In this document: piece by piece, positions 47,453 through 55,922 of the stretch
Position numbering within the stretch: the stretch's first letter is position 1
Layout of the letters: each line of letters starts with the position of its first letter
Source of the DNA: an uncultured Flavobacteriales bacterium
GTDB taxonomy: Bacteria > Bacteroidota > Bacteroidia > Flavobacteriales_D > Sanyastnellaceae
Length of the DNA: 64,000 bases
Assembly: GCA_965658245.1 (NCBI GenBank)
Contig: CBFHRO010000002.1
Coordinates: 3,442 to 67,441, forward strand
Direction: 5' to 3'
Made by a program: the position numbers and the translations under genes
Notes under the pieces: model-generated
The model's input: only the letters and a program-made list of their open reading frames with translations
Database searches by the model: none
What the model was told of the DNA's origin: nothing

Positions 47453-48613
47453 TCAACCGAACAGCAGCGCCAACTCCCTACCTTCGACAAGGTAGAGGAA
47501 CACGACGAGCAAGACGGAGACGACAAGGCCAATGGTGGCTTTGCCGAGGTCTGAAAACACCATGGTCCACACCGACCTGCCGTCTTGGTTGGCTTCGTCC
47601 AAACGGAGTCTCAATGCCACTTCACGCCCCGCGAGCATCCCCAAAAAGACCCACGTGGTGCTCATGGGAATCTTGGCACCAATGCCCAGCATGTCAAATT
47701 TGAAGAGCAGCAGCACGAGGCCGTAGAAGAGGTCAATGAAGGTGGCAGACCGGATGTCTTGCGTGTTGGTCTTCACGCGAACGATTTCTTGAATCTTTCC
47801 GCCCCTGCGGTAAAAGATGTATCCGAGCATGGCCAACAGCACGGCAAGCGCAAAGGCGAACGTACCCACCCCCACTTCACGAGGATCGCCGAGATAGACC
47901 ATGATGTTGACCAAGTCTTGCGTCAACCACTGGCTCCACAGAAATCCCGTAGATGCCCACTGAACGACTGTCCAAAATTGACGGTTGGTCCACAATCCGT
48001 GGTCTTCGCCATCCAAGGGGTGACGCATGAACAACCGCTCCGTCACCTTGCTCAGCGCGATGAACGCCAAGATGGCAAACGTGAACGCCACACCATATCC
48101 ACCCAAGCTCTTGACGAGCATTTGGGGCAAGGCCTTGGGCGCGAAAAAGGTGAGCACCAAGAATGTCGTGCTGACTGGAATCCCCAATCGGGTGATGAAA
48201 AGGAGGGCCAACGGCGGCAGCACATACCATGCGCTGATGGTCGGAAAGACCGTGTCGCCCTTGAAGATGCCGTCGTATTTGCCAAACGTCAGGTCGTCGC
48301 CCTTTCCGCCCAGGTATTCTCCGTACCCGAGGTACCCAAGCGTCACCACAATGGCCATGATGCTTCCCGCGAACAGCCAGAGCTGCCACCACTTCCGTTG
48401 TTCATTGGAAACGAGAAAGGTGCCCAAAGTTTGGATGCTGTCGTTTCCCACCACCGAGTAGGCAGCGAGCGAAAATCCAAGCAAGGCAAAAACAGATTCC
48501 ACGAGCAGGTGTTTGCGGCCGCAAGATGAATTCAGAATCGCAGCGAAGCAACCGTTTCGTGTTATGAATTCAAGGCGTCGCCAACAAACTGCAACCACGC
48601 ACCTCTGCCGCAT
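47453..48613 (-). CDS. divergent PiT/PHO4-superfamily-like polytopic membrane protein
   Basis: Two-fold pattern 'GNDSIQTLGT ... GIPVSTTF' and 'QDLVNIMVYLG ... KIPMSTTW', resembling the PiT motifs GANDVAN and PVSTTH. The ATG at 48613 overlaps the upstream gene by 44 nt. The in-frame GTG at 48502 is an alternative start. Confidence 0.5.
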   Translation of the reverse strand: MRQRCVVAVCWRRLEFITRNGCFAAILNSSCGRKHLLVESVFALLGFSLAAYSVVGNDSIQTLGTFLVSNEQRKWWQLWLFAGSIMAIVVTLGYLGYGEYLGGKGDDLTFGKYDGIFKGDTVFPTISAWYVLPPLALLFITRLGIPVSTTFLVLTFFAPKALPQMLVKSLGGYGVAFTFAILAFIALSKVTERLFMRHPLDGEDHGLWTNRQFWTVVQWASTGFLWSQWLTQDLVNIMVYLGDPREVGVGTFAFALAVLLAMLGYIFYRRGGKIQEIVRVKTNTQDIRSATFIDLFYGLVLLLFKFDMLGIGAKIPMSTTWVFLGMLAGREVALRLRLDEANQDGRSVWTMVFSDLGKATIGLVVSVLLVVFLYLVEGRELALLFG

Positions 48614-49634
48614 CTTGTCGTCCGAGCAAAATCAAGCCTTTGTCCGTGTGGTTTCCCACATCTCCCGTGGCCAAAAAGGCGCAGCTGTGGACATTCGCGA
48701 GGTCCACGATGTCCACACGACCCACCCGATTGCGAAGCCCCGGGGAGCGGGGGTCTCGGACCTCTCGGACCATGGGCTGTGCCCAATGCGGGAAGCCATG
48801 ATGAATCCCGTCCTTCGCATAACCTTGCGACATCATCTCCGTCATTCCATACTCGGATGCCACGCAAATGTCCGGAAGCCTCGATTTGATTTGGGCGTGC
48901 ACTTCCTCGCGAATGGGCTCCACACCACGGCCCTTCATTCCACCTGTTTCAATCAGGGTGATGCGATGCCATGGGATGTCGTTCCCATGCCGCTTGAGGG
49001 AGTCCAACCAGTCCAACACAGCCCAGGTGACCCCAAACAACACCAATGGCTTGGATTGGGGCTGCGAGAAATGCCTCACAAGCGCGACGTTCAGCGCATC
49101 GTGATCGTGCATCAACATGCCCGCCTCGGTCTCCCCTGCCTCCCTCATGAAGTCGGCGACCATGGTCAACAACGACGCATCCTCTCGTCCAAGGTAGCCC
49201 GGCAACAATCCCAGCCACGCCCATTGGCCCACGCCACTACCCCACTGCCTTCGCCACGCCAAACGTGCCACCTCGGCGTACCAAGACAGGCCTTCTTCAT
49301 CGAGCCAATGCTGGGCACGGGACGTGGTTTGGGTGGTGCCCGAACTCCGGAACACATGATGAGGCTCCCATGACCCGGACTTCACAGCATGTGTTTTGAA
49401 CACTTCCACCGGCATGAAGGGAATGTCTTTCAGCGCGACGACCTCTCTGGGGTTCACATTCATCGCCTGGACAAACGCACGGTAGGGCTCATTGTGCGTG
49501 GCTTGCCACCGAAACAAGGCGAGTGCGTGTTCCAAAAAATCATTCGCATTTCCTTCTTGCATCCAAGACCACAACGCGGCGCGCACCTCGCCGAGCGAAG
49601 CCTCCTCTCCCCATCCTTCAAAGGCACGTGACAT
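48570..49634 (-). CDS. LuxE/PaaK-like acyl-adenylate-forming protein (often annotated 'acyl transferase')
   Basis: 'FRWQATHNEPYRAF', 'IPFMPVEVFKTH', 'FRSSGTTQTTSRAQH' (AMP-binding-like Ser/Thr/Gly loop), 'ETGGMKGRG'. Start chosen at ATG 49634. The longer track ORF to 49868 runs through the neighbouring gene's start region. Confidence 0.6.
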   Translation of the reverse strand: MSRAFEGWGEEASLGEVRAALWSWMQEGNANDFLEHALALFRWQATHNEPYRAFVQAMNVNPREVVALKDIPFMPVEVFKTHAVKSGSWEPHHVFRSSGTTQTTSRAQHWLDEEGLSWYAEVARLAWRRQWGSGVGQWAWLGLLPGYLGREDASLLTMVADFMREAGETEAGMLMHDHDALNVALVRHFSQPQSKPLVLFGVTWAVLDWLDSLKRHGNDIPWHRITLIETGGMKGRGVEPIREEVHAQIKSRLPDICVASEYGMTEMMSQGYAKDGIHHGFPHWAQPMVREVRDPRSPGLRNRVGRVDIVDLANVHSCAFLATGDVGNHTDKGLILLGRQDAAEVRGCSLLATP

Positions 49635-49663
49635 GCCAGCAAGTTCGGAACTCTTGGCCCACG

Positions 49664-49678
49664 TTCCGTAACATTGTG
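49664..49678 (+). repeat. copy 2 of the exact 15-nt motif TTCCGTAACATTGTG
   Basis: Located 2 nt upstream of the ATG at 49681 and 23 nt upstream of the in-frame ATG at 49702 of the lipoprotein gene. Identical to 41901-41915. Confidence 0.5.
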
Positions 49679-49680
49679 TC

Positions 49681-50163
49681 ATGTACAAGTCGCAGGCCAC
49701 CATGGGATTGTTCGCTTTGCTTTTGGCAGGATGCTTGCCGGAGGTGGAATACACCGACGAACCCACTTTGGCCTTTGCGCGCTTCGAAGCCCGAGAAGAT
49801 GGCACGGCAACGATGGTGTTGAATTTCACCGATGGCGATGGAAACGTGGGGTTGACCCAGGCCGACACGTTGCCGCCTTTTTGTCAGACCTGCCTTCATC
49901 ACTACAACCTCGTGGGAGAATACCAAGAGTGGAGAGACACCTCTTGGGTGATTCCTGAATTGATTGTGCCTTACGCGTACCGCGTACCCGTGGCTGAGCC
50001 TACCGGCTCGAGTCCCGCTTTGGACGGCACGATCAGCATCGAATTGACGTCTTGGTACCTGAGTGGAACCGCGGCAGATTCCGTGCGCTTCGCTTGGACC
50101 CTCTGGGACCGGGATTTGAACCCGAGCAACGAAGCCTTGTCCGCGGCTGTTGCCGTGCCATGA
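49681..50163 (+). CDS. small lipoprotein of unknown function
   Basis: Lipobox 'LLLAGC' ('MYKSQATMGLFALLLAGCLPE'). The start is either ATG 49681 or ATG 49702. Confidence 0.65.
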   Translation: MYKSQATMGLFALLLAGCLPEVEYTDEPTLAFARFEAREDGTATMVLNFTDGDGNVGLTQADTLPPFCQTCLHHYNLVGEYQEWRDTSWVIPELIVPYAYRVPVAEPTGSSPALDGTISIELTSWYLSGTAADSVRFAWTLWDRDLNPSNEALSAAVAVP

Positions 50164-50168
50164 AAGGT

Positions 50169-51833
50169 TCAATTGCGCTGCTGCGCTCCGGACAATTCCG
50201 CACTGACATGGGCGATGCGGTCTCCGCATTCCTCCAAGGAGGAAAGAAGGTCGTTGTAAAGGACCCCACTCATGGCCGGGTACTTTCCTTTTTCGACGTC
50301 ACGAACGTGCTTTTCCCGCAATTTGGCCTGAAGGGCATTGATTTTGCCTTCCACCTCAGCCACGGCATCCAGGTCCACGTCGGATGACTTGAGCTGAACG
50401 TCCATGACTTTGATGGCCTCTCGCAGGAGCTCAATCATCTGCAGAAGGTTCGTGCGTTGCTTGGGCATGAAATAGACGCCTTCTCGGGCCTTGGCGTCCA
50501 TTTGCCATGCCATGCTCAGAAGGGCATCACCGACGCGCTCAAAGTCAGGGTTCACCGCAGACAGTGCTGCAAGTCTTGCGCTCAATTCGGGGCTCAATTC
50601 TTGTTGCGCGATGCCGGACAACTGGGCGCTTACAGCTTGTTCGATGCGATCTGTTCGCTCCTCCCATTTGACCAAATTGTGAATCACATCGGCACGATCA
50701 CCAGGTTCCAACAACCCAAACAACTCTTCCACCCCAAGCGTCATTCTTCGAAGCAGAGAGGCGCTCCGCCTGTAATCGTTCAGCACCTCTTCGAGCCCCA
50801 AACGCGCATCGACAATTTGACCTGGAAATGCTTGGGTCAGCGCGGCTTCGCCCTCGAGGTCTTCGGTCCACACCAACCTTTTTGAAAGCTTGACCAACGT
50901 TTCGACAAACAATCCCATCAAAAGGGCATTCAATACATTGAAGGTGGTGTGGAACATGGCCAGCACATACCCGTTCCGCACATCCTCCGTCTCCGCTGCG
51001 GCAAACAAACTGGTCAACGCGTCGGCCATCAGGGGGATGAGCCAAATCATCCACATCACGCCAAACACATTGATTAGAAAGTGAATCCGCGCCACGCGTT
51101 TCGCCGTTCGGTTGCCCACCACCGCAGCCAAATTGGCTGTCAGCGTCGTCCCGATGTTTTCCCCAAGCACCATGGCCAACGCACTTTCCAACCCGATCAG
51201 TCCAGACACCATCGCCGCCAAGGTCAGCGCCGTCGCCGCCGAAGAGGACTGGATCAAGGCCGTCAACGTGGCACCAATCAACATGAACATGGCGTTGGAC
51301 CCCAACCCTCCGCCTTCCGGGAAAATCGCGGTAAAAAGTTCCTTCGCACCGACGCTTTCCATTTGGACTTTGAGCAAGTTCAAACCAATGAACATCAAGG
51401 CAAAGCCCACCATCATGTTCGCTGCCTGCCTCGGCAACCTGCGCTCCATCAAAAGCAAGGGAACCGCCAGCCCTGCAATGGGCAAGGCCAAATCGGAGAG
51501 GGAAAAGCCTCCAAGCGAAAGCACGATGAGCCACACCGTAATGGTGGTCCCAATGTTGGCCCCAAAAAGCACGCCAATGGATTCGCGAATGGTCAACAAT
51601 CCTGCATTCACCAAACTCACCAGGGTGACCGTCACGGCTGAACTGGATTGCAACAGGCTCGTGACAAAAACACCCGTCATCGTTCCCACCCAGGTGCTCT
51701 GGGTGATGCTGGACAGAAACTCTCGAAAAGACGTGGCTGACGCACGGCGAATGGCGTCACTCAGGGTGCGCATCCCAAACAGGAACACCCCCACGCCACC
51801 CAACACGCTCAACAGCCATTTGATCCAAATCAT
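50169..51833 (-). CDS. Na/Pi cotransporter family protein with C-terminal PhoU-like domain
   Basis: 'GVGVFLFGMRTLSD', 'LLQSSSAVTV', a second repeat 'LIQSSSAATALT', and a C-terminal helical PhoU-like region. Confidence 0.85.
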   Translation of the reverse strand: MIWIKWLLSVLGGVGVFLFGMRTLSDAIRRASATSFREFLSSITQSTWVGTMTGVFVTSLLQSSSAVTVTLVSLVNAGLLTIRESIGVLFGANIGTTITVWLIVLSLGGFSLSDLALPIAGLAVPLLLMERRLPRQAANMMVGFALMFIGLNLLKVQMESVGAKELFTAIFPEGGGLGSNAMFMLIGATLTALIQSSSAATALTLAAMVSGLIGLESALAMVLGENIGTTLTANLAAVVGNRTAKRVARIHFLINVFGVMWMIWLIPLMADALTSLFAAAETEDVRNGYVLAMFHTTFNVLNALLMGLFVETLVKLSKRLVWTEDLEGEAALTQAFPGQIVDARLGLEEVLNDYRRSASLLRRMTLGVEELFGLLEPGDRADVIHNLVKWEERTDRIEQAVSAQLSGIAQQELSPELSARLAALSAVNPDFERVGDALLSMAWQMDAKAREGVYFMPKQRTNLLQMIELLREAIKVMDVQLKSSDVDLDAVAEVEGKINALQAKLREKHVRDVEKGKYPAMSGVLYNDLLSSLEECGDRIAHVSAELSGAQQRN

Positions 51834-51849
51834 GGTTGCCCAAGATAGA

Positions 51850-51876
51850 AGAAGGGCGCCGCATGGGCGCCCTTCT
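51850..51876 (-). terminator. hairpin terminating the 1339-aa surface-protein gene
   Basis: Perfect 11-bp stem AGAAGGGCGCC/GGCGCCCTTCT with a 5-nt loop, 27 nt after the stop. It is followed on the minus strand by the T-rich TCTATCTT, which is not a clean T-run. Confidence 0.45.
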
Positions 51877-51902
51877 CATGGTTTGATTCGTTCTCTACAC
51901 AA

Positions 51903-54900
51903 TCAGAGGCACGTGTTTCCAAAGTCCACGAGGAAGACCAAGAGGTCAGCTGTGGTCGTCGAACCATCTCCGTTCAAGTCCGTGGGACAGGGGTTGGCCA
52001 TGGTGAATTCACAAGAGCCGTCGTCTTGCGTGGCACCCGCCGTGAAGTTGTCGGCATTGGGATAAGTGCAACCCACACAGTCGAATGTGCACTGGCTCTC
52101 GTCGCCCAAGATGGCGGTCGCATTGAAGTTGCACGCATTGGGGTTGTTGCAACCGAAGGCTGAGCTGTTCGCCGCACCTGGCGTTCCATTGTCCACCCAT
52201 GAGGCTTGCCAGTTGCCAGCTACGTCGTTTCCGTTGCCCACAGGTGTCGTCAAGTACACCGCCAGGATTTCAGGAATGTATTCCAACGTCGCACATCCTC
52301 CGTCGGGGCTTTCGATGTAGTTGAAGCCAAGGATGCCTTGGGCTGAAGAAGGCCATGCGCCACCATCGTCGTAAGTCACTGCATTCACCGTGTTGCCGAA
52401 CGCATCACGCAAAGCAAGGGCTTCACCCGAGTTGCTGAAGTTGCCTTGGCTCATTTGGAACACCTGGTAGCCGTTGCCACTGTAGTTGGCGGTTCCTGCG
52501 TCTGACACTGTGATCACGACGAATTCACCAGCCGCAATCGAGGTGCCTTCTGGGAAGACCAATCCAAGCTGATCCGCGCCTCCCGTTGAGTTGAAGAACT
52601 CATAACCTGAGAGGTCCGCAGCCAAATCACCGATGTTCAACAACTCCACAAATTCGTAGTCGAAGTCGTCCCCTTGGCTGTTGCAAGGATTGTAGTGGAT
52701 CTCGTTGATGATGATGCTCGGCAGCGTGTAGTAGCAAGTCGTGTTGTCTTCGAGTGTTGTGTTCTCGTTGTAGTTCAAGGCCGTTGGATCTGTGCAACCC
52801 GTGATGACACACGACCCATCGTCTGCGGTGGCATCGGGGTTGTAGTTGTCTGCGGACTCATCCGTGCAACCAGCGACGTCTGAACAAGAACCGTCGTCCT
52901 CAGAAGCGACTGGGTCGTAGTTGGGGAACGTTGCGTCGGTGCAGCCAATGCGCACAACGTCAACCGTGTCGCGTGGGCACACCTTCCAGTTGCCAAAGCT
53001 GTAGAAGTTGGGGCCGGTGACGCGGTAATTGCGTCCCTCTTCCACCAAGGCAACCAAGGTGCCATCCACATCCACGCTGTCGTTCACTGCGTTGTATCCC
53101 AACGAAGCCGCCATGCCCTGTCCCAGGTCGTCGCTCACGTTCCATTCACCGAAGTTGGCGGTGATGCCGGACACCGTTCCTGTCATTTCCACCAACACGC
53201 ATTCCCATTGCTCATCGTTGATGGCGCCAGGTGCGAGTACCTCAGCCGCAGGCAAGGCATTGCCGGAAGACAACACAGTCGCCACAGCGGACTGAATTTG
53301 ACGAAGGCCGTAAATCTCGTTGACCGTACCTGCGACTTCCACTTGGTCGCCCACAGCGACGCCCGTGCCAATCGCCCAAATGCCAGAGTTGGCCCCGGCA
53401 CCGTTCTGAATCACGTACGAAGGTTGACCCGCGAGTGCGCCGTTGTTGCCGTAGATGGCGGTCACAACGCCCGATGTCACCACGCTTCCGGAGAAGCCCT
53501 GGGTTTGGATTTCCTGCACACTCAAGTTGGGAATGAAAATGCATGAACCGTCATCTTCCGTGGCAGTCTCATCGTAGTTGATGGCACCAGGGTCCGTACA
53601 GCCGGTGTTGTCCACGGCGCATGCTCCGTTGAAGGTGTGCACGCCCAAGTTGGTCCAGTCGTCTTGGGGGTTGATGATCCACTCTGTGTCAATTTCGTTG
53701 GTGCCTGCGCTGGCTGCCCAATCACCACCGTTGCCTGTAGAAACCTCGGGCTTGCGCACCAAGGTGGCATTCTGCGTGGCATTGGTCACTCCAGCAACAG
53801 TGAACCCTGAACCCGGATCGGGACCAAAGTCACCTATCGCGTCAACAATGGTGGTGTCCCCTCCGGCAATGTTCGCCAAGAAATACGCGTCGTCGCCGTT
53901 GCTCAAGTACGTGTATGTCATGTTGGCCACAGCCAGGATGATGGGGTCCGCTGTGGGATGCGCCACGATGTAGGTTCCACCCGGAGCCACTTGGTCTCCG
54001 GCAGGGAAGTTGAACGTCCAAAAGTCCACATTGTCCGTGATGCTTGGAGACGCGCCAAGGTCGTCGCACCCGTTGCTGCAGTTTCCAAACGTGTACTCGT
54101 CCAAGAAAATGGGAGAGCTCGTGGGGTTGTACAATTCGATGTATTTGTTGTTGGAAGAACCCTCAGCCACCTCAGAAACGAACAACGTACATTCTCCTCC
54201 TTCGATGTCACAACTTCCGTCTTCAATGGAGGCCAAAGGATTGTAGTTCAATGCACCTGCGTTGGTGCACCCGTACAAAAGGACATCGGCAGCGTCGCGA
54301 GGCTGCACCTTGAAGTTTCCGAAGGAATAATCAAGGGCTCCTTGGACTTGCAATTGGTTGCCCAAAGCCACCAAGCCTGCGCCAATGGCGTCGTAGCCCG
54401 CATCGTCCGCACGGAGGTCGCCTGAGCCATCAGAAAGGGCCCACTCGCCAAAACCCGCGTCGGCATTGGTCACAACACCCGTGGTCTGCACCAAAACACC
54501 TTCCCATGGTTCCGCACCTGCATCCACCGTGGTCAACACTTCAGCCGCAGGCAATGCGTTGCCCTGGCTGAGGATGACAGTGGCGGGGGTGGAGATTTGG
54601 GTTTTGTCAAAGTACTCGGAAACCGCTCCGGTGACCTCCACTTCGTCACCCAACTGCACGGGAACGTCTGGTGAGAACAACCACAAGCCGCTGTACGCAC
54701 CTTGGCCATCTTGGATGCTCACGTTCGAGCCGTAGACACCCGTCACAATGCCTTGTGTCACCACGACCGAATCCTCGAACACGCCGGTCTCTTGGCCTTG
54801 CTGGATGGTTGCAATGTCAGTCAGTTCGACAATGAGGCATGAACCGTCGTCGTAATCCGCGGCGGGGTTGTAGTTGGCTGCAGCTGCGTTGGTGCAACCG

Positions 54901-55922
54901 CCTGTGCCCACCGTGATGGTGGCCACCATGCCCAAAGCAGCGTGAGAACCGATGGAACAATCGTAGGTGTACACGCCAGGCGTGTTGAACGTGTAAGAAC
55001 CAATGCACACTCCTGCAGCGTCCCCCGAGACTGGGGCCAAGTAGAAGGCTTCGGGGTTGCCGAACGAAGAACCCGTCTGAGAATCGATGTCGCCGTTGAC
55101 GTCGTGGGTGCCACCGAGGTTGGACCACAAGACGGTTTGACCGGGCGCGATGCTCAAGGCCGAAGGATTGTACTGGAAGCTGCTTGCTTCCACCACAACG
55201 CCGTCTACGTTGCATGCGTTGTCAAACATGCAGCTGCCATCGTCTTCGGTGGCTGTGGCGTCATAGTTCGTGGCATTGGCGTTGGTACAACCTGGAATGG
55301 CGGGACCACAACCATCGAAGGTGTGGCTTGCCAAATTGCTCCAGTCGTCAGATGCGAGAACAATCCATTCGCTGTCATCCGCGTCGGTGCCAGCACTGGC
55401 AATCCAATCACCACCGTTTCCGGAAAGCACCGAAGACTTTCGGACAATGGTGTGGTTTTGTGTGCCATTGGCAACGCCGGCAACGTCCCAGCCTGAGCCG
55501 GGGTCGCCGTTCCAATCGCCGACCGCGTCGATTTGGACAAACGACGTCTCGTCGCCTTGAACGAGGATGAAGCCATCGTCGCCGTTTGACAAGAAGGTGA
55601 AGGTGTGGTCCGCCTCTGCCAAGATGGTGGCATCTGCAGAGGGATGGGCAATGATGTACACATCACCAGCTGACACAGTGGCTCCCTCAGGAAACGTGTT
55701 CCAGAATTCGTATTCACCCACCACCGTTGGTGCGTTAGACACACTGGGGAAGGCATAGCCACTCAAGTCAACATCCGCACCCGTGGGGTTGTAGATCTCG
55801 AGATACTTGTTGTTTGAAGAGCCTTCTGCAGCCTCTGAAAAGAAGAGGTTTTCGCACTGGGCCAAGGTGACTCCTGCACTCCAGAAAAGCAGCGCCGAAG
55901 CAAGCAAGGTTGAAAAACGCAT
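51903..55922 (-). CDS. 1339-aa mosaic secreted/surface protein: 3 lamin-tail-like domains, 2 OB-like modules, 1 cupredoxin domain, 9 short Cys-bracketed modules, dockerin-like C-terminal tail
   Basis: The ATG at 55922 gives signal peptide 'MRFSTLLASALLFWSAGVTLAQ'. 'AEGSSNNKYLEIYNPT', 'AEGSSNNKYIELYNPT' and 'INEIHYNP' mark LTD-type domains. See the findings for the other modules. Confidence 0.85.
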   Translation of the reverse strand: MRFSTLLASALLFWSAGVTLAQCENLFFSEAAEGSSNNKYLEIYNPTGADVDLSGYAFPSVSNAPTVVGEYEFWNTFPEGATVSAGDVYIIAHPSADATILAEADHTFTFLSNGDDGFILVQGDETSFVQIDAVGDWNGDPGSGWDVAGVANGTQNHTIVRKSSVLSGNGGDWIASAGTDADDSEWIVLASDDWSNLASHTFDGCGPAIPGCTNANATNYDATATEDDGSCMFDNACNVDGVVVEASSFQYNPSALSIAPGQTVLWSNLGGTHDVNGDIDSQTGSSFGNPEAFYLAPVSGDAAGVCIGSYTFNTPGVYTYDCSIGSHAALGMVATITVGTGGCTNAAAANYNPAADYDDGSCLIVELTDIATIQQGQETGVFEDSVVVTQGIVTGVYGSNVSIQDGQGAYSGLWLFSPDVPVQLGDEVEVTGAVSEYFDKTQISTPATVILSQGNALPAAEVLTTVDAGAEPWEGVLVQTTGVVTNADAGFGEWALSDGSGDLRADDAGYDAIGAGLVALGNQLQVQGALDYSFGNFKVQPRDAADVLLYGCTNAGALNYNPLASIEDGSCDIEGGECTLFVSEVAEGSSNNKYIELYNPTSSPIFLDEYTFGNCSNGCDDLGASPSITDNVDFWTFNFPAGDQVAPGGTYIVAHPTADPIILAVANMTYTYLSNGDDAYFLANIAGGDTTIVDAIGDFGPDPGSGFTVAGVTNATQNATLVRKPEVSTGNGGDWAASAGTNEIDTEWIINPQDDWTNLGVHTFNGACAVDNTGCTDPGAINYDETATEDDGSCIFIPNLSVQEIQTQGFSGSVVTSGVVTAIYGNNGALAGQPSYVIQNGAGANSGIWAIGTGVAVGDQVEVAGTVNEIYGLRQIQSAVATVLSSGNALPAAEVLAPGAINDEQWECVLVEMTGTVSGITANFGEWNVSDDLGQGMAASLGYNAVNDSVDVDGTLVALVEEGRNYRVTGPNFYSFGNWKVCPRDTVDVVRIGCTDATFPNYDPVASEDDGSCSDVAGCTDESADNYNPDATADDGSCVITGCTDPTALNYNENTTLEDNTTCYYTLPSIIINEIHYNPCNSQGDDFDYEFVELLNIGDLAADLSGYEFFNSTGGADQLGLVFPEGTSIAAGEFVVITVSDAGTANYSGNGYQVFQMSQGNFSNSGEALALRDAFGNTVNAVTYDDGGAWPSSAQGILGFNYIESPDGGCATLEYIPEILAVYLTTPVGNGNDVAGNWQASWVDNGTPGAANSSAFGCNNPNACNFNATAILGDESQCTFDCVGCTYPNADNFTAGATQDDGSCEFTMANPCPTDLNGDGSTTTADLLVFLVDFGNTCL

